Both the position numbers and the translations under genes were made by a program. Positions 10,709 to 21,267 of a DNA stretch of 64,000 bases are shown here, one piece after another. Source of the stretch: an uncultured bacterium (GTDB taxonomy: Bacteria; Krumholzibacteriota; Krumholzibacteriia; Krumholzibacteriales; Krumholzibacteriaceae); NCBI GenBank assembly GCA_963786935.1, contig CAWBAN010000001.1, forward strand, positions 1,408,001 through 1,472,000, given 5' to 3'. The stretch's first letter is position 1; the number at the start of each line of letters is the position of its first letter. The notes beneath the pieces are model-generated. The model saw only the letters and a list, made by a program, of their open reading frames with translations, did not search any database and was not told the DNA's origin.

Positions 10709-13700
10709 CTACCGCAGCAAAATCATCTTGCGCGACTGCACGTACGATCCCGCCTGCAAGCGGTAGAAATAGATCCCGCTCGCGACGTTCCGCCCGTTCT
10801 CGTTCCGCCCGTCCCAAGCGACGCGATAGAAGCTCGCCTTCAGATCCCGGTCGACGAGGGTCTTGACGCGGCGGCCGCCGACATCATAGACGACGAGCGT
10901 CACGCGGGCGTCCTCGGCGATCGTGAACTTGATCGACGTCGACGGATTGAACGGATTCGGCGCGTTCTGCTCGAGCGAGAACGGCGCGCGGCAGACGACC
11001 GTGCACGGCCCTGAGAGATCCCGCGTCCGCCCTCCCGAGATCGCCTCGAGCTTGTAATAGTAGATCCGGCTCAGCGAAACGTCCGGATCCTTCATCTCGT
11101 ACGACGCGCCTCCCGCCGCTCCCGAAGAGGCCACCGGATCCGCGTTGACCGGTTCGTAGCCGTCGGCCTCGCGCTCGGAGCGCAGCACGTTGAAGCCCTC
11201 GATGTTCTCCTCGATAAGCGTGCTCCACCGCAGCACCGCCGCCTCGTTCTCGAACGCACCGGCGAAGGACGCGAGTGTCACCGCAAGGGGCGCGCTGATC
11301 ATGAACACGTCCTGGCTCATTCCCTGCCCGAGGATCTCCCCTCCCGCCCAGAGCGTGATCATGACGCGGCAGCGATCAGCCATGACCGCGGGAACGCGCC
11401 AGGTGAACGAATGGGCGTCGGGAATCCGCCGCGCGATCAGGAACCAATCGGCCCCGTCGTCGAAGGTGCCGTCGATCGAAACGGAATCGACGCGATAGCC
11501 GCTCGGCGATGTCCAGACGACGGCCGCCGGCGCACCCATCGTGACGATTTCCGCGCACGGATGCTGTACGACCGGTCTGATCGTGCGGATCGTATCGGCC
11601 CCGATGAACGCGCGGTTCCGCGCGGTCCCCGAGATCGCCACCGGAACGTACTCCCCCTGCGGGAGAATGGCCTGGAACGGCGCGCGGTCGAATTTCACGA
11701 CGAGCTCGCGAAGTCCATCGCCGTCCCGGTCCTCGATGCGCGCGTCGGCGCCGGGCGCCACGGGGATCGTGTCCTGCAGGAGCACCGTGGCGATATCGAT
11801 CTCCTCCGGCGCGTACGCCGCCGGCAGCTCGATCCTGCCCTCCACCCACCGTCCTCCCGAACTGAGCTTCAGCGTCCGCGGCGTGACGAGGATATCGGCC
11901 GCGAGCGGCCCGGGCGGCAGCCCCGTGGCGTTGAGGATCGTCACCGTGTTGTCCCCCGCGTTGCAGATGATCGCCCATCCGGACCCCGAGGGATCGAACG
12001 CGATGCACGCGGGATCCTTGCCGGTCGGGACCGTGTGGACCGGCGTGAGCTCGACGACCGGCGGCGGGATTTGCATGCCGGGTTCGATGGCGCCGACGGA
12101 GCCGGTCACCGTCAGCGCATAGGCGACCGCCTCGTCGCTGTCCTCGAAGATGATGTAGAGCATCGCACCGTCCGGCGTGACGACGACGCTCTTGACCGTC
12201 GTTCCCGTCTCCACGGTCGCGACGACCTCGTTCTCCGACGCGCTCCCCGGCTGCACGTCGTAGATGTAGATCGTGCCCGAGGTGCTCAGCACGATGAGGA
12301 GCGCACCGTCCGGCGTGATCGCGACGCTCTTCGTCGACGAGCCGGTCTCCACGGTCGCGACGGCGGCGTTCGAGAGGGCGTCGATGACGACGTATCCCCC
12401 GTCGGTCCCGACGTAGATGCGCGCGCCGTCGGGCGTCACGACGACGCTCTTCGCGGACGAGCCCGTCTCGACGGTCGCGACGACCTGGTGCCACGTCGCG
12501 CTCGCGTCGTCGCCGTCGATCACGCTCACGTCGCTCGAGCCCGCGTTCGCCACGTAGACGCGGCTTCCGTCGGGGTTGACGTCGACGTCGATCGGGTTCG
12601 TGCCGACGGTGATCGTCTGCACGACCGTGTTGAACGTCGTCGAGTCGGGATCGACGACGATCACCGAGACGGTTCCCGATCCGAAGTTGCATATGTACGC
12701 GTACGTGCCCGCCGGATCGATCGCGATCGCGACCGGGTTGTCGCCGACGGAGATGCTCGAATAGCTCGTCTGCCCCTCGACGTCGATCGGAACGACGACG
12801 TCCCCGTCGGGGCTCACCGAATAGGCGAGCGCGCCGTCGGGCGTCACGGCGACGCTCTTCGTCGACGAGCCGGTCTCCACCGTCGCGATGACCTCGTCCA
12901 CGGGGGAAGTGCTCGGCACGAGCACGGTGAAGAACATCGCGTTCGAGGTGTCCGCCCCGCAGGCCACGCGCACCTCGCCGCTGATCGCGTCGGCCGGCAC
13001 CGTGACCTTGAGGGACGTCACTGTCGCCTCGTACGGCGTCACGGCGCGGTCCCTGAAGAGGACCGCGTTGTTTGCCGCGACGGCGTCGAATCCCTGCCCG
13101 GAGAGCACGAGCTTCGCCCCGATCGTACCGCTCGCCGGCGCGACGGAGCTCAGCATGAGCGGCGGTTTCGAGCCGGTGATGAACGATCTGCCGCCCGGGT
13201 TCTCGAGGGCTCCGGCGTCCAGATCAAGGATGCCGCTCGTCCAAACCATCTCGTACGACCTGTCGTAGTCGAGCGCCGTCATCGGGACGAGGGTGACCTT
13301 CTTGTCGCCGTCGGCAAACCCGACGGTCACGGGGATCTTCGCTGCGGCGACCGGATCGAAGACGTAGAACGTCGAATCCGTGATGTTCGTGCGGGCCACG
13401 GCCCTGCTGAACGTCCCCTGAACCGCGGTGGTGACGCTCACGTTCGAGGCGCCGCCGAAGGGCAAAACCTGCACGAGTTGGAGCGGCAGGTATGCCGGAT
13501 CGTCGTAGGAATCGGCGACGAACTGCAGCGGAGATCCGGCGAGCCCGATCGCCTCCACCGAAACGAGCTGGGTCTGCACCCCGACGGTATCCCCGAGCGT
13601 CCATTCGAGCTCGGCGTAGCCGTTCTGATCGGTCGCGACCGTCTGCGTCGTGAGGCCCGATTCGGTGAAGTGCCCCCCACCTCTGGTCACCCTGAACGTC

Positions 13701-16700
13701 AGCGGCACACCCTGGATTCCAACCGTCGCGGTATCCGTCGGCGCGACGAACACCCGCAGGGGCGCGCTGAGGGGCTGACCGACGACGCCGCTCTGCTCGT
13801 TGCCGCCCCTCATCAGGAGGTAGTTGGCGCCGCTGAAGTCATAAACCCAGATGCTGTCGGAGAGCGCGTACTGCGCGACGACGTAGAACCGCGAGCCGTC
13901 CGCCGTGAAATCCATGTCGGTCGCGCCCACGATGCTCATGTCGAACCGCGCGTTCGTGATCTCGTGAGGCGTCGTGTTGAGGTTGATCGTGTAGTAGGCG
14001 CACTTGGGAAGGGCGAGAATCGCCCGATCGCCCCGGGGCGACACGTCGATCTTCGGAACTCCTCTCAGATTGCCGCCGCAATTCGTCGTTAGGATGCCCG
14101 CGACGGCGGGATTGACCGGATCGGACGTGTCGAGCGTCACGACGCTCTCGATCGTCGGCCCGTCCACGCGAACCGTCGCGACGAGGCATTCCCGACCGTC
14201 CGGCGTGAACGTGAGCGCCTGCGGATAGCGCACGGTGCTCATCGTGTCAGGCATCGAGATGCGCCCGACGATCTCGAGGTAACGCGCGTCGAGGGGATTC
14301 GTGTTGAGCACGAGGATGCTGTCTCCGAGGCCGGTCATATACGCGTACCGGCCGCTCGGATGGAAGGCGATCTTCCCCGGTGCGAATCCCTCCAGAAAGG
14401 CGACGGGTCTGTTCTCGTACGCCGAACCGGGCACGATATCGACGACGAAGAGGGTATCCCACGAGGTGGGGTGATGGATCGATAAGAACAGCCTCTCCCC
14501 ATCGGGGCTGATTGCAATGGTATTGATCGAGGCGGGCTCGGTCGGCCCCGGTGTGTACGCGATCCGGCCGATCTCGTAGCCGAAGAGATTCGAGTGGCGA
14601 TTGACGTTGAAACACCGCACGGCGATGTCGTTATCCACATCGATGAACGCCCGCTGCCCGTCCGGCGTGATGGCTATCGTGTTGATTGCGTCATTGCCCC
14701 CTGCGACCGAGCCGATGAACTGGTTGTAATCGGCGCTCTCCGGATCAGTATCGAGAATCGCGGCGGCGCCGTACAGCCCTCCCACCATCAGAAAATCCCC
14801 CGTGGGCGAGAACGCGAGGGCGTCCGTGAACTCCAGTTCCCATTCCGTCGGCACGCCCGAAGCGAGCCGGAGCGCGCCCGAACCCGACGAGGCCTTGAGC
14901 ATCTCGAAGTAGAGGGAGTTCGAAACCTGTCTGTTGCCCGCCGGGAAGACGTCGTCATTCACGATGATCCGGACCGGGCCGCTCTGCGCGTACGTCGGGA
15001 CTCCGACCTCGATCGCGGTGCCCGTGCTGTAGGTGGGCTGGATCCATTCCGCCTCGCCCGTCGGCCCGGCGAACTGCACGCGGATCTTCGCGGGATCCGT
15101 TCCGAATCCCGAGCCCGCCAGCACGAGTCGCGCGCCGAACGGAGCCGCCCTGCGCGAGATGCTCGCGAGCGTCGGCCCGAGCCCGATCGTCGTGACGACG
15201 ATCTGCCTCGTGTCGCGCGTCACCGAGAACGCGTAGAAACCGTCGGGGGATAGATCGATGTCGATCGGGCTCGCGCCGAGATCGATCGTCGCCGCGACGC
15301 TCCGGAACGTAGCGCTGTTCTCGTCGAGATCGATCACGTCGATGTAGTCGAGCTGCTGATTGCACGCGTAGAGATAGAAGCCCCCGGGCGTAATGGTCAT
15401 GCCCCGGTTCGATCCGCCCGTGACGATGTCCTGCACCTTGAAGAGCGGCTCGAGCGACACCACCGTCACGCTTCCCGTGCCGTCGCTCACGTAGGCGCGC
15501 TGGCCGGCCGGATCGATGACGACGTCCTGCGGATCGATGAGAACCGGCACCTGCGCGAGAAGCGTATCGGGGCCGAGATCGAAGACGTTCATCTTCCCGG
15601 CGCCGCTCAGCGTGAGGAGGCGCCGTCCCGCCGGATCGACCGCCATCTTGCCGCGGACGGTGCCGTCCGGAGAGGCGACCGCGCCGATCTGGTTCTCGTA
15701 CGTCGCACTCCCCGATTTCACGTCCCAGATCTGGACTTCTCCGGCGAGTGTGGCGATGTACGCCCGTCCCCCGCCCGGATCGACGCAGATCCCGAGCGGA
15801 TCGGCGGAGAGCTCGTGCTCGGCGACGATCGTGTTGAAGAGCGGGCCGTGGGAAAGATCGGTGTCGATCGTGCAGAGCTTCCGGTTGACGCGGCTCACGG
15901 CGTACACGCGCTTCCCGTCCGGCGTTGCCTCGACCGCCTCGAGCCCGCCCGGGACGGAGATCGTCGTCACGGTCAGATAGCTCTCGAGCCCCGGATCGAT
16001 GACGACGGCCGCGGCGCCCGCGTCGGTGGCGACGTACGCCCACCCGCCGTCGGGGAGCACGGTCAAGGACCGGGGCATCGCGTCCAGCTCCGCCACGCCG
16101 CTCTGGAAACCGCGCGCCACCTCCGTGGCGGAGAGCACGGTGAACGTGACGCCGTCGCTGATCAGCTCGCCGACCGTCACGGTCACGAGATCGGTCGTCG
16201 CGCTCTGGGGCACGCGCACGACGAGCCTGTTCGGAAACGCGTCGACGATCTGCGCCTGCTCGCTTCCGAACAGCACGGTGTTTTCGCTCGGCGTCGCGCT
16301 GAACCCGACGCCGTTTATCACGATGAGGTTCCCGACGACGCCCTTCGCCGGGGAGAGATTCATGATGGCCAGGGGCGGCAGCAGCTCCGTGGTGAAGGTG
16401 GACATGTACGGCAGCTCGAGACCGTTCCCGTACTTGTCGGCGAGCCCCATCCCGAGCGTGAGGTTGTACGATTTCCCGAAGTCGAAGGGAATCGTCGGCG
16501 TGAACGCGATGACGGAATCGTCCTTGAGGAAGGTCGCCTTGCCCGAAATGAAGTGGTTGTCCGCGTCCCTGAGGGCGAAGTTCCCCTGGATGCTCGCGTC
16601 GTCGATCGCCTCGGAGAAGGCGATCATGAGCGCCGCGTCAATCTGCACGTCCTCCGCGCTCTCCGAGGGAGTCATGCTTACGACCGTCGGGTGGCTCGCG

Positions 16701-17860
16701 TCGATGTTCGTGACGATGTCGATATCCGAAACCGTGGAACCGCCCGACACGGCGACCGCCGTCTTGTCGAGGGCGTTGTCCTGCGCGGATTCGGCCTGAT
16801 CGTAGTATTCCGGCGGAAAGACGATGTTCGCGGTCGAATCGACGAGGGCGTTGATGTAGCCCTTCTTGAGGTAACCGATCGCGGCGGTCCCGTCGAGCGG
16901 ATGAATCGCGACGTAATAGCTCCCGTCATCCATCCCGACGAAGGTATAGCTCCCGTCAGGGAGCGTGTAGTCCGCGGCGACGGTGTCTCCGGCCTCGTCG
17001 ATCGCGTACACGATCGCCCCCGGCACCGGGAGGCCGTCTTCCGAGCCGCTCGTCACCGTTCCCGATATCCTGTTCGCCGCCGCGAGCGCCGCCGGCGTGG
17101 CGTACGCCTTGAAGAAGACCAGCTCATCCTCCTTCGAAAGGCTCGCCGCGTCCGTTCCGGCCGGAAGGACAAAGAACATCGTCGACGTCGCCACGGGAGA
17201 GTGCGATATCCCGAACAGGTGCCCCGCCTCGTGCGTCGACACGCTCCGGATATCGATTCCGTTGGCGGGCCCGGCCGAATGCGTCTTGAATCCTTTCACG
17301 GGATTGAAGATCAGATCCGCGTCGACGATCTGGCCGGGAAGATAGCGCGTGCCCTGATACAGGCTGTCAACGGTGAACGACGTCGAGATGCCGACGGCGA
17401 TCACCGCGTTGGAGAACTGGTACTGGTAATCCTCGAACGTGATGAGATTGACGAGGTCGAGCGCAGCGGCCGACGTCTGCTGCGTCGTGCCGCCGTAGCT
17501 CACGGTGAAATCGACCCCCGCGATCGCCGTCCAGGCGTTCAGCGCATTCTGCATGGCGGTGAAATCGCTCCCGTCGTTGATGCTCGGAGCGCCCTTGGCG
17601 TTGATGTAGTACACGAACGGCAGGTCGGCGCTCATCCAGAACTCCGTGTGGCGGGCGCCGGCCGGGTCGTCGATGCATCCGTCGCCGTTGCGATCGAACG
17701 ACGACGCGTTGACCTGGGGACAGAGATCGACCGGGGACGGAACGCCGTCCCTATCGGGATCGTCGGCGATGAGCACGTTTCGATCGGCGCCCGAAAGAGC
17801 GAGGGATCCGAAAAGAAGGATCCCGAGAACGGCGAACAGCAGCATCAAATTGCGTTTCAT
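10709..17860 (-). CDS. 2383-aa secreted multidomain protein: metzincin (matrixin-like) protease, Ig-like/IPT domains, YVTN-type beta-propellers, C-terminal FlgD-Ig/T9SS-like domain
   Basis: Signal peptide; HEAGHLFGISH plus STM Met-turn; FSEAID Ig domains; repeated TPDG blades; LEQNAPNPFNPST...WDGRNENG...SGIYFYRL. Confidence 0.85.
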   Translation of the reverse strand: MKRNLMLLFAVLGILLFGSLALSGADRNVLIADDPDRDGVPSPVDLCPQVNASSFDRNGDGCIDDPAGARHTEFWMSADLPFVYYINAKGAPSINDGSDFTAMQNALNAWTAIAGVDFTVSYGGTTQQTSAAALDLVNLITFEDYQYQFSNAVIAVGISTSFTVDSLYQGTRYLPGQIVDADLIFNPVKGFKTHSAGPANGIDIRSVSTHEAGHLFGISHSPVATSTMFFVLPAGTDAASLSKEDELVFFKAYATPAALAAANRISGTVTSGSEDGLPVPGAIVYAIDEAGDTVAADYTLPDGSYTFVGMDDGSYYVAIHPLDGTAAIGYLKKGYINALVDSTANIVFPPEYYDQAESAQDNALDKTAVAVSGGSTVSDIDIVTNIDASHPTVVSMTPSESAEDVQIDAALMIAFSEAIDDASIQGNFALRDADNHFISGKATFLKDDSVIAFTPTIPFDFGKSYNLTLGMGLADKYGNGLELPYMSTFTTELLPPLAIMNLSPAKGVVGNLIVINGVGFSATPSENTVLFGSEQAQIVDAFPNRLVVRVPQSATTDLVTVTVGELISDGVTFTVLSATEVARGFQSGVAELDAMPRSLTVLPDGGWAYVATDAGAAAVVIDPGLESYLTVTTISVPGGLEAVEATPDGKRVYAVSRVNRKLCTIDTDLSHGPLFNTIVAEHELSADPLGICVDPGGGRAYIATLAGEVQIWDVKSGSATYENQIGAVASPDGTVRGKMAVDPAGRRLLTLSGAGKMNVFDLGPDTLLAQVPVLIDPQDVVIDPAGQRAYVSDGTGSVTVVSLEPLFKVQDIVTGGSNRGMTITPGGFYLYACNQQLDYIDVIDLDENSATFRSVAATIDLGASPIDIDLSPDGFYAFSVTRDTRQIVVTTIGLGPTLASISRRAAPFGARLVLAGSGFGTDPAKIRVQFAGPTGEAEWIQPTYSTGTAIEVGVPTYAQSGPVRIIVNDDVFPAGNRQVSNSLYFEMLKASSGSGALRLASGVPTEWELEFTDALAFSPTGDFLMVGGLYGAAAILDTDPESADYNQFIGSVAGGNDAINTIAITPDGQRAFIDVDNDIAVRCFNVNRHSNLFGYEIGRIAYTPGPTEPASINTIAISPDGERLFLSIHHPTSWDTLFVVDIVPGSAYENRPVAFLEGFAPGKIAFHPSGRYAYMTGLGDSILVLNTNPLDARYLEIVGRISMPDTMSTVRYPQALTFTPDGRECLVATVRVDGPTIESVVTLDTSDPVNPAVAGILTTNCGGNLRGVPKIDVSPRGDRAILALPKCAYYTINLNTTPHEITNARFDMSIVGATDMDFTADGSRFYVVAQYALSDSIWVYDFSGANYLLMRGGNEQSGVVGQPLSAPLRVFVAPTDTATVGIQGVPLTFRVTRGGGHFTESGLTTQTVATDQNGYAELEWTLGDTVGVQTQLVSVEAIGLAGSPLQFVADSYDDPAYLPLQLVQVLPFGGASNVSVTTAVQGTFSRAVARTNITDSTFYVFDPVAAAKIPVTVGFADGDKKVTLVPMTALDYDRSYEMVWTSGILDLDAGALENPGGRSFITGSKPPLMLSSVAPASGTIGAKLVLSGQGFDAVAANNAVLFRDRAVTPYEATVTSLKVTVPADAISGEVRVACGADTSNAMFFTVLVPSTSPVDEVIATVETGSSTKSVAVTPDGALAYSVSPDGDVVVPIDVEGQTSYSSISVGDNPVAIAIDPAGTYAYICNFGSGTVSVIVVDPDSTTFNTVVQTITVGTNPIDVDVNPDGSRVYVANAGSSDVSVIDGDDASATWHQVVATVETGSSAKSVVVTPDGARIYVGTDGGYVVIDALSNAAVATVETGSSTKSVAITPDGALLIVLSTSGTIYIYDVQPGSASENEVVATVETGTTVKSVVVTPDGAMLYIIFEDSDEAVAYALTVTGSVGAIEPGMQIPPPVVELTPVHTVPTGKDPACIAFDPSGSGWAIICNAGDNTVTILNATGLPPGPLAADILVTPRTLKLSSGGRWVEGRIELPAAYAPEEIDIATVLLQDTIPVAPGADARIEDRDGDGLRELVVKFDRAPFQAILPQGEYVPVAISGTARNRAFIGADTIRTIRPVVQHPCAEIVTMGAPAAVVWTSPSGYRVDSVSIDGTFDDGADWFLIARRIPDAHSFTWRVPAVMADRCRVMITLWAGGEILGQGMSQDVFMISAPLAVTLASFAGAFENEAAVLRWSTLIEENIEGFNVLRSEREADGYEPVNADPVASSGAAGGASYEMKDPDVSLSRIYYYKLEAISGGRTRDLSGPCTVVCRAPFSLEQNAPNPFNPSTSIKFTIAEDARVTLVVYDVGGRRVKTLVDRDLKASFYRVAWDGRNENGRNVASGIYFYRLQAGSYVQSRKMILLR
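12183..12888 (-). repeat. Four near-identical ~40-nt internal repeats encoding (V/I)ATVETGxxxKSV propeller blades
   Basis: Copies at 12183-12222, 12321-12360, 12441-12480 and 12849-12888; the second and fourth differ at 1 of 40 nt. Confidence 0.85.
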
Positions 17861-17875
17861 GGCGATCCTCCTTTC

Positions 17876-18424
17876 CTATCGACGGTCGAGAGTTTCGTTG
17901 ATGAATCGATCGAGGGAGACCTTCCGCTGACCGTTCGCCGGCTCGTTCGCGGGCTCCCCGACGACCTCGACGTCATCGAGATCGACTCCCGCGACGAAGG
18001 CCTTCCCCGTTTTCGCGTCGCGCACGATGTCGAATTTTCCCTGCGAGAATCCGGCCACGCTGAACGTGCCGGGGACGTTCGGCTCGAGGAAGAGGAGCAC
18101 CTCCTCGTCCGGCTTCCAGCCGAGCGCGCCCTCGACGTGCATGTTCACGTGGCCGACGATCCCGCCGAGCTGGATGACGCGGGCCTCGCGGAGCGCGCCG
18201 CCCTTGTACGTTTCGGCGACGGCGATCCGCGCCTCGGTGAAGATCTTCGTGTGTTCCGCGTTCCAGTACGAGTTCACGCTCGCGACCGTTCCCCGCACGA
18301 TGTTCGAGGATTCCGCCGCGAGGTCCTTGGGGCTCCGGTAGATGATCTTGGTAGCCTGGCCGGCGGCCGCCAGAATACAAAGAACACCTATCGAAACCCA
18401 CAGGATGCAGGCGCACCGTTTCAT
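17876..18424 (-). CDS. Secreted hypothetical protein, probable pro-domain-like partner of the downstream protease
   Basis: Signal peptide; ESSNIVRGTV...IFT...ETYKG...LGG...EEVLLFL...GFSQGKF pattern; 15 nt upstream of the giant ORF. Confidence 0.7.
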   Translation of the reverse strand: MKRCACILWVSIGVLCILAAAGQATKIIYRSPKDLAAESSNIVRGTVASVNSYWNAEHTKIFTEARIAVAETYKGGALREARVIQLGGIVGHVNMHVEGALGWKPDEEVLLFLEPNVPGTFSVAGFSQGKFDIVRDAKTGKAFVAGVDLDDVEVVGEPANEPANGQRKVSLDRFINETLDRR

Positions 18425-18660
18425 GGGCTGGTCCTCCCCCCGGTTTCGACGTCTCTGACTCGGAAGCGATCATCGAAGGCGCCGATCGCCCCACGACTCA
18501 GGATTCATTTCAACGAGAAATAATTGCGAAGCGCAGGAGCTGGCAGGGGACGCCGTGCACGCATCTTTCGCAACGGCTTGCAGCGAAGGCTCCCCCCTGG
18601 AATGCTGCATGGATTCCGGAATGTGACGCTGTCCCCCAGTCCCTCGCTCGCTTGCCGAAT

Positions 18661-18689
18661 ATTATACTCCCAATCGGAACCGTTGTAAA
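18661..18689 (-). promoter_or_regulatory. sigma70-type promoter for the 18424/17860 operon
   Basis: TTTACA-17 nt-TATAAT on the minus strand. Confidence 0.7.
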
Positions 18690-18776
18690 CAACATTTGAC
18701 AGGGCTAACTCTTTTTTCCAACGAGGATTAGTGCCGCGAGAGGAGAGCCGAGAACGCGCCGGGCGGAAATTTAAAA

Positions 18777-18851
18777 TGGTGGGGACTGTAGGATTTGAAC
18801 CTACGACTTCTATCGTGTGAGGATAGCACTCTACCGCTGAGTTAAGCCCCC
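18777..18851 (-). tRNA. tRNA-Val(CAC)
   Basis: Cloverleaf; anticodon arm CTATC-CTCACAC-GATAG, GTTCAAATC T-loop, encoded CCA. Confidence 0.95.
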
Positions 18852-18915
18852 ACGCATATGCAATTGTATAAAACGCGGCGCCCGATTGCAAGCACCGGTA
18901 TCATCGATGAGGATG

Positions 18916-19263
18916 CTATTTATCCGCTTCCCCCGGATCGTCCGATTTTTCGGCATCGTGCGGGTCTTCGAGCTCTTCGGGCGCTTCGGATCCGCCGAAT
19001 TCGAGCTCGCCGGCGCCCCTCCGCTCCTCGTTCTTCCTCATGACGGCCTTCGCCGCATCGAGGTCGCTCTCCTTGACGAAAAGCCTCACCTGACCGAGAC
19101 CGTCGACGGTGAACGGGAGAATGATCGGCGTCACACCGGTGCGGACGGCGACCTCGATTCCCTCGGACTCGAGCATCCCCTTGAGGACCTGCGCCTCGAA
19201 ATCCCCCTGCACCTTCGCGAGCTCGACGAGCTTCTCGTCCCGCTCGTCCTTGGAATTCTTCAT
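18916..19263 (-). CDS. DUF2007-like putative signal-transducing protein
   Basis: EAQVLKGMLESEGI...VRLFVKESDLDAA. Confidence 0.75.
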   Translation of the reverse strand: MKNSKDERDEKLVELAKVQGDFEAQVLKGMLESEGIEVAVRTGVTPIILPFTVDGLGQVRLFVKESDLDAAKAVMRKNEERRGAGELEFGGSEAPEELEDPHDAEKSDDPGEADK

Positions 19264-19346
19264 CGTTTTCCTCCCGGCCTTATGATAATACTACCTCCCG
19301 GGAGGGGGGGCAAGACAATGATGCCCCGTACGAGCGGAGAGTCCGG

Positions 19347-20219
19347 ATGAACCTGGGCGCGCACATGTCCATCGCCGGAGGAATGCATCGGGCCCTCGAG
19401 CGGGGCCGCTCGATCGGGTGCAACGCGGTGCAGCTCTTCGTCACGAACACGAACATGTGGCGAATGCGCGCGCTCGACCCCGGCGAGATCGCGCGCTTCA
19501 GGGAGCGCTCGGGAATGTTCGCTCCGAACTTCATCCTCGCCCACTCGAGCTACCTCGTCAATCTCGCCTCGCCCGACCGGTCGATCCTCGCGCGGTCGAT
19601 CGCCGGTTTCACCGCGGAGATGGGGCGCGCGGGCGCGCTCGGCATTCCGTACCTGGTCGTCCACCCGGGAAGCCATTGCGGCGCGGGGGAGGCGGCGGGC
19701 TTGAAGCGGATCGCCGCGAGCCTCGACGAGGCCGTTTCGGCGGCGGGCGAGCGCGCGCCGGAAATTTTGCTCGAAACGACCGCCGGCCAGGGGAATTCGC
19801 TCGGAACCACGTTCGATCAGCTCGCGCGGATCATCGGCGCGGCGCGCTCGAGCGGTTCGCTCGGCGTCTGCCTCGATACCTGCCACGTGTTCGCGGCCGG
19901 GTACGATCTGCGGACCGGACGGGCGTACGAAAAGACGATCCGCGAGTTCGAGAGCGCGCTCGGGCTCGGGCGGCTCAAGGCGTTTCATCTGAACGATTCG
20001 GCGAAGGGGCTCGGAAGCAGGGTCGACCGGCACGCGCTCATCGGCGCCGGCGCGCTCGGGCTCGGAGCGTTTTCGCTCCTCATGAGGGACGAGCGGTTCT
20101 TCGACCGTCCCATGGTGCTCGAAACGCCCAAGGGGCCGGACGACACAAACGATCGGCGCGCGCTCGCGCTGCTGCGGGATCTGCGCGCCGGCGCCCGGCG
20201 ACCGGCGCGAAAACGGTGA
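19347..20219 (+). CDS. nfo: Endonuclease IV
   Basis: GAHMSIAGG, HSSYLVNL, HPG, ETTAGQG, DTCH, HLNDS, DRH, LETP. Confidence 0.95.
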   Translation: MNLGAHMSIAGGMHRALERGRSIGCNAVQLFVTNTNMWRMRALDPGEIARFRERSGMFAPNFILAHSSYLVNLASPDRSILARSIAGFTAEMGRAGALGIPYLVVHPGSHCGAGEAAGLKRIAASLDEAVSAAGERAPEILLETTAGQGNSLGTTFDQLARIIGAARSSGSLGVCLDTCHVFAAGYDLRTGRAYEKTIREFESALGLGRLKAFHLNDSAKGLGSRVDRHALIGAGALGLGAFSLLMRDERFFDRPMVLETPKGPDDTNDRRALALLRDLRAGARRPARKR

Positions 20220-20226
20220 GATACCG

Positions 20227-21267
20227 TCACGCCGAGAACTCGGCGGCGAGCTTCCAGTACGGATCGGTCACCGGGTGCGTCAGCTCCGTCGCCGCTCCGC
20301 TCCGGATCACGCACAGCCCCTCCTTCTCCGGCACGATCTCCCCGCAGCTGGCGCTCGCGATGCCCTCGGCCGCGAGCGCTTCGACGAGCTCGTCGGCATC
20401 GCCTCCGTCGACGACGGCGATGAGGGTGCCCTCGCTGATCGACGAGAAGGGATCGAAGCCAAAGACCTCGGCCGTCTTCTTCACGACCGGCTGGACCGGG
20501 ATGAGATCCTGCTCGACGCGAAGCCCGTAGGATCCGGCCCGCGCCATCTCGTAGAGCCCGCCCCAGATGCCGCACTCGGTCGCGTCGTGCATGACGTGCA
20601 CGCCCTTGAACGTGCGGGCGATCGCGCAATCGTCGAGCACGCTCATCTGCGGGAAAATCGCGGCGGCCTCGCGCTGGAAGGCCTCTCCTCCCGCTTCGAC
20701 GAACTTCGCCGGGAAGAGCGCGGCGAGGAGCCCCGTCGTCTCGATCGCCGGTCCCTTCGTGATCACGATCTCGTCCCCGATCTTCACCCGGTGGGGGCCG
20801 CGCAGCTGCCGCTCGTCCCCGATGGCGATCGCCGTCGCGCCGCCGACCATCGGGTAGCCGCATCCGGTGTACCGGGCCGTATGCCCCGTCACGACGCTGA
20901 TGCCGTACCGCCGCGCCTCGTCGTGCACGGAGCCCCACAGCTCCTCGAGCTGCTCCTCGGTCGTCTCGGGAGGCAGATTGAGATCGATTGCGAGATGCCG
21001 CGGCTCGAGCCCGGAAACCGCGACGTCGCAGAACACGATGTGAAAGCCGAACCACGCCGCGCGCGCGAATCCGAGCGACGGAACGACGAAGAACGGATCG
21101 GTCGACAGCGCCATGACCTTGGCGCCGATCCTGATGACGCCGTAATCGACGCCGTGCCGCGGGCCGATGATGACGCTCTCGTCGGAGACGCCGAGACGGG
21201 GGTAGATGACGCGGTCGAAGAACTCCGGGTGTATCTTTCCGAGATCCGGCAGCTTCAATGAATTCAT
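20227..21267 (-). CDS. AIR synthase (PurM/HypE/ThiL) family protein
   Basis: GPRHGVD, STDP, DVAVSG, TGHT, MHDATECG motifs. Confidence 0.85.
   Translation of the reverse strand: MNSLKLPDLGKIHPEFFDRVIYPRLGVSDESVIIGPRHGVDYGVIRIGAKVMALSTDPFFVVPSLGFARAAWFGFHIVFCDVAVSGLEPRHLAIDLNLPPETTEEQLEELWGSVHDEARRYGISVVTGHTARYTGCGYPMVGGATAIAIGDERQLRGPHRVKIGDEIVITKGPAIETTGLLAALFPAKFVEAGGEAFQREAAAIFPQMSVLDDCAIARTFKGVHVMHDATECGIWGGLYEMARAGSYGLRVEQDLIPVQPVVKKTAEVFGFDPFSSISEGTLIAVVDGGDADELVEALAAEGIASASCGEIVPEKEGLCVIRSGAATELTHPVTDPYWKLAAEFSA

Noticed and set aside
12183..12888. Repeats as a CRISPR array
   Set aside because: They are in-frame coding repeats with irregular spacing, and there are no cas genes
18777..18851. 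tRNA-Val as the integration site of an island carrying the giant protease gene
   Set aside because: I saw no integrase or duplicated tRNA 3' end, and codon style matches the rest of the window
20227..21267. AIR synthase-family gene as selenophosphate synthetase SelD
   Set aside because: It lacks the N-terminal (C/U)xxK motif and fits the generic PurM/HypE-like family
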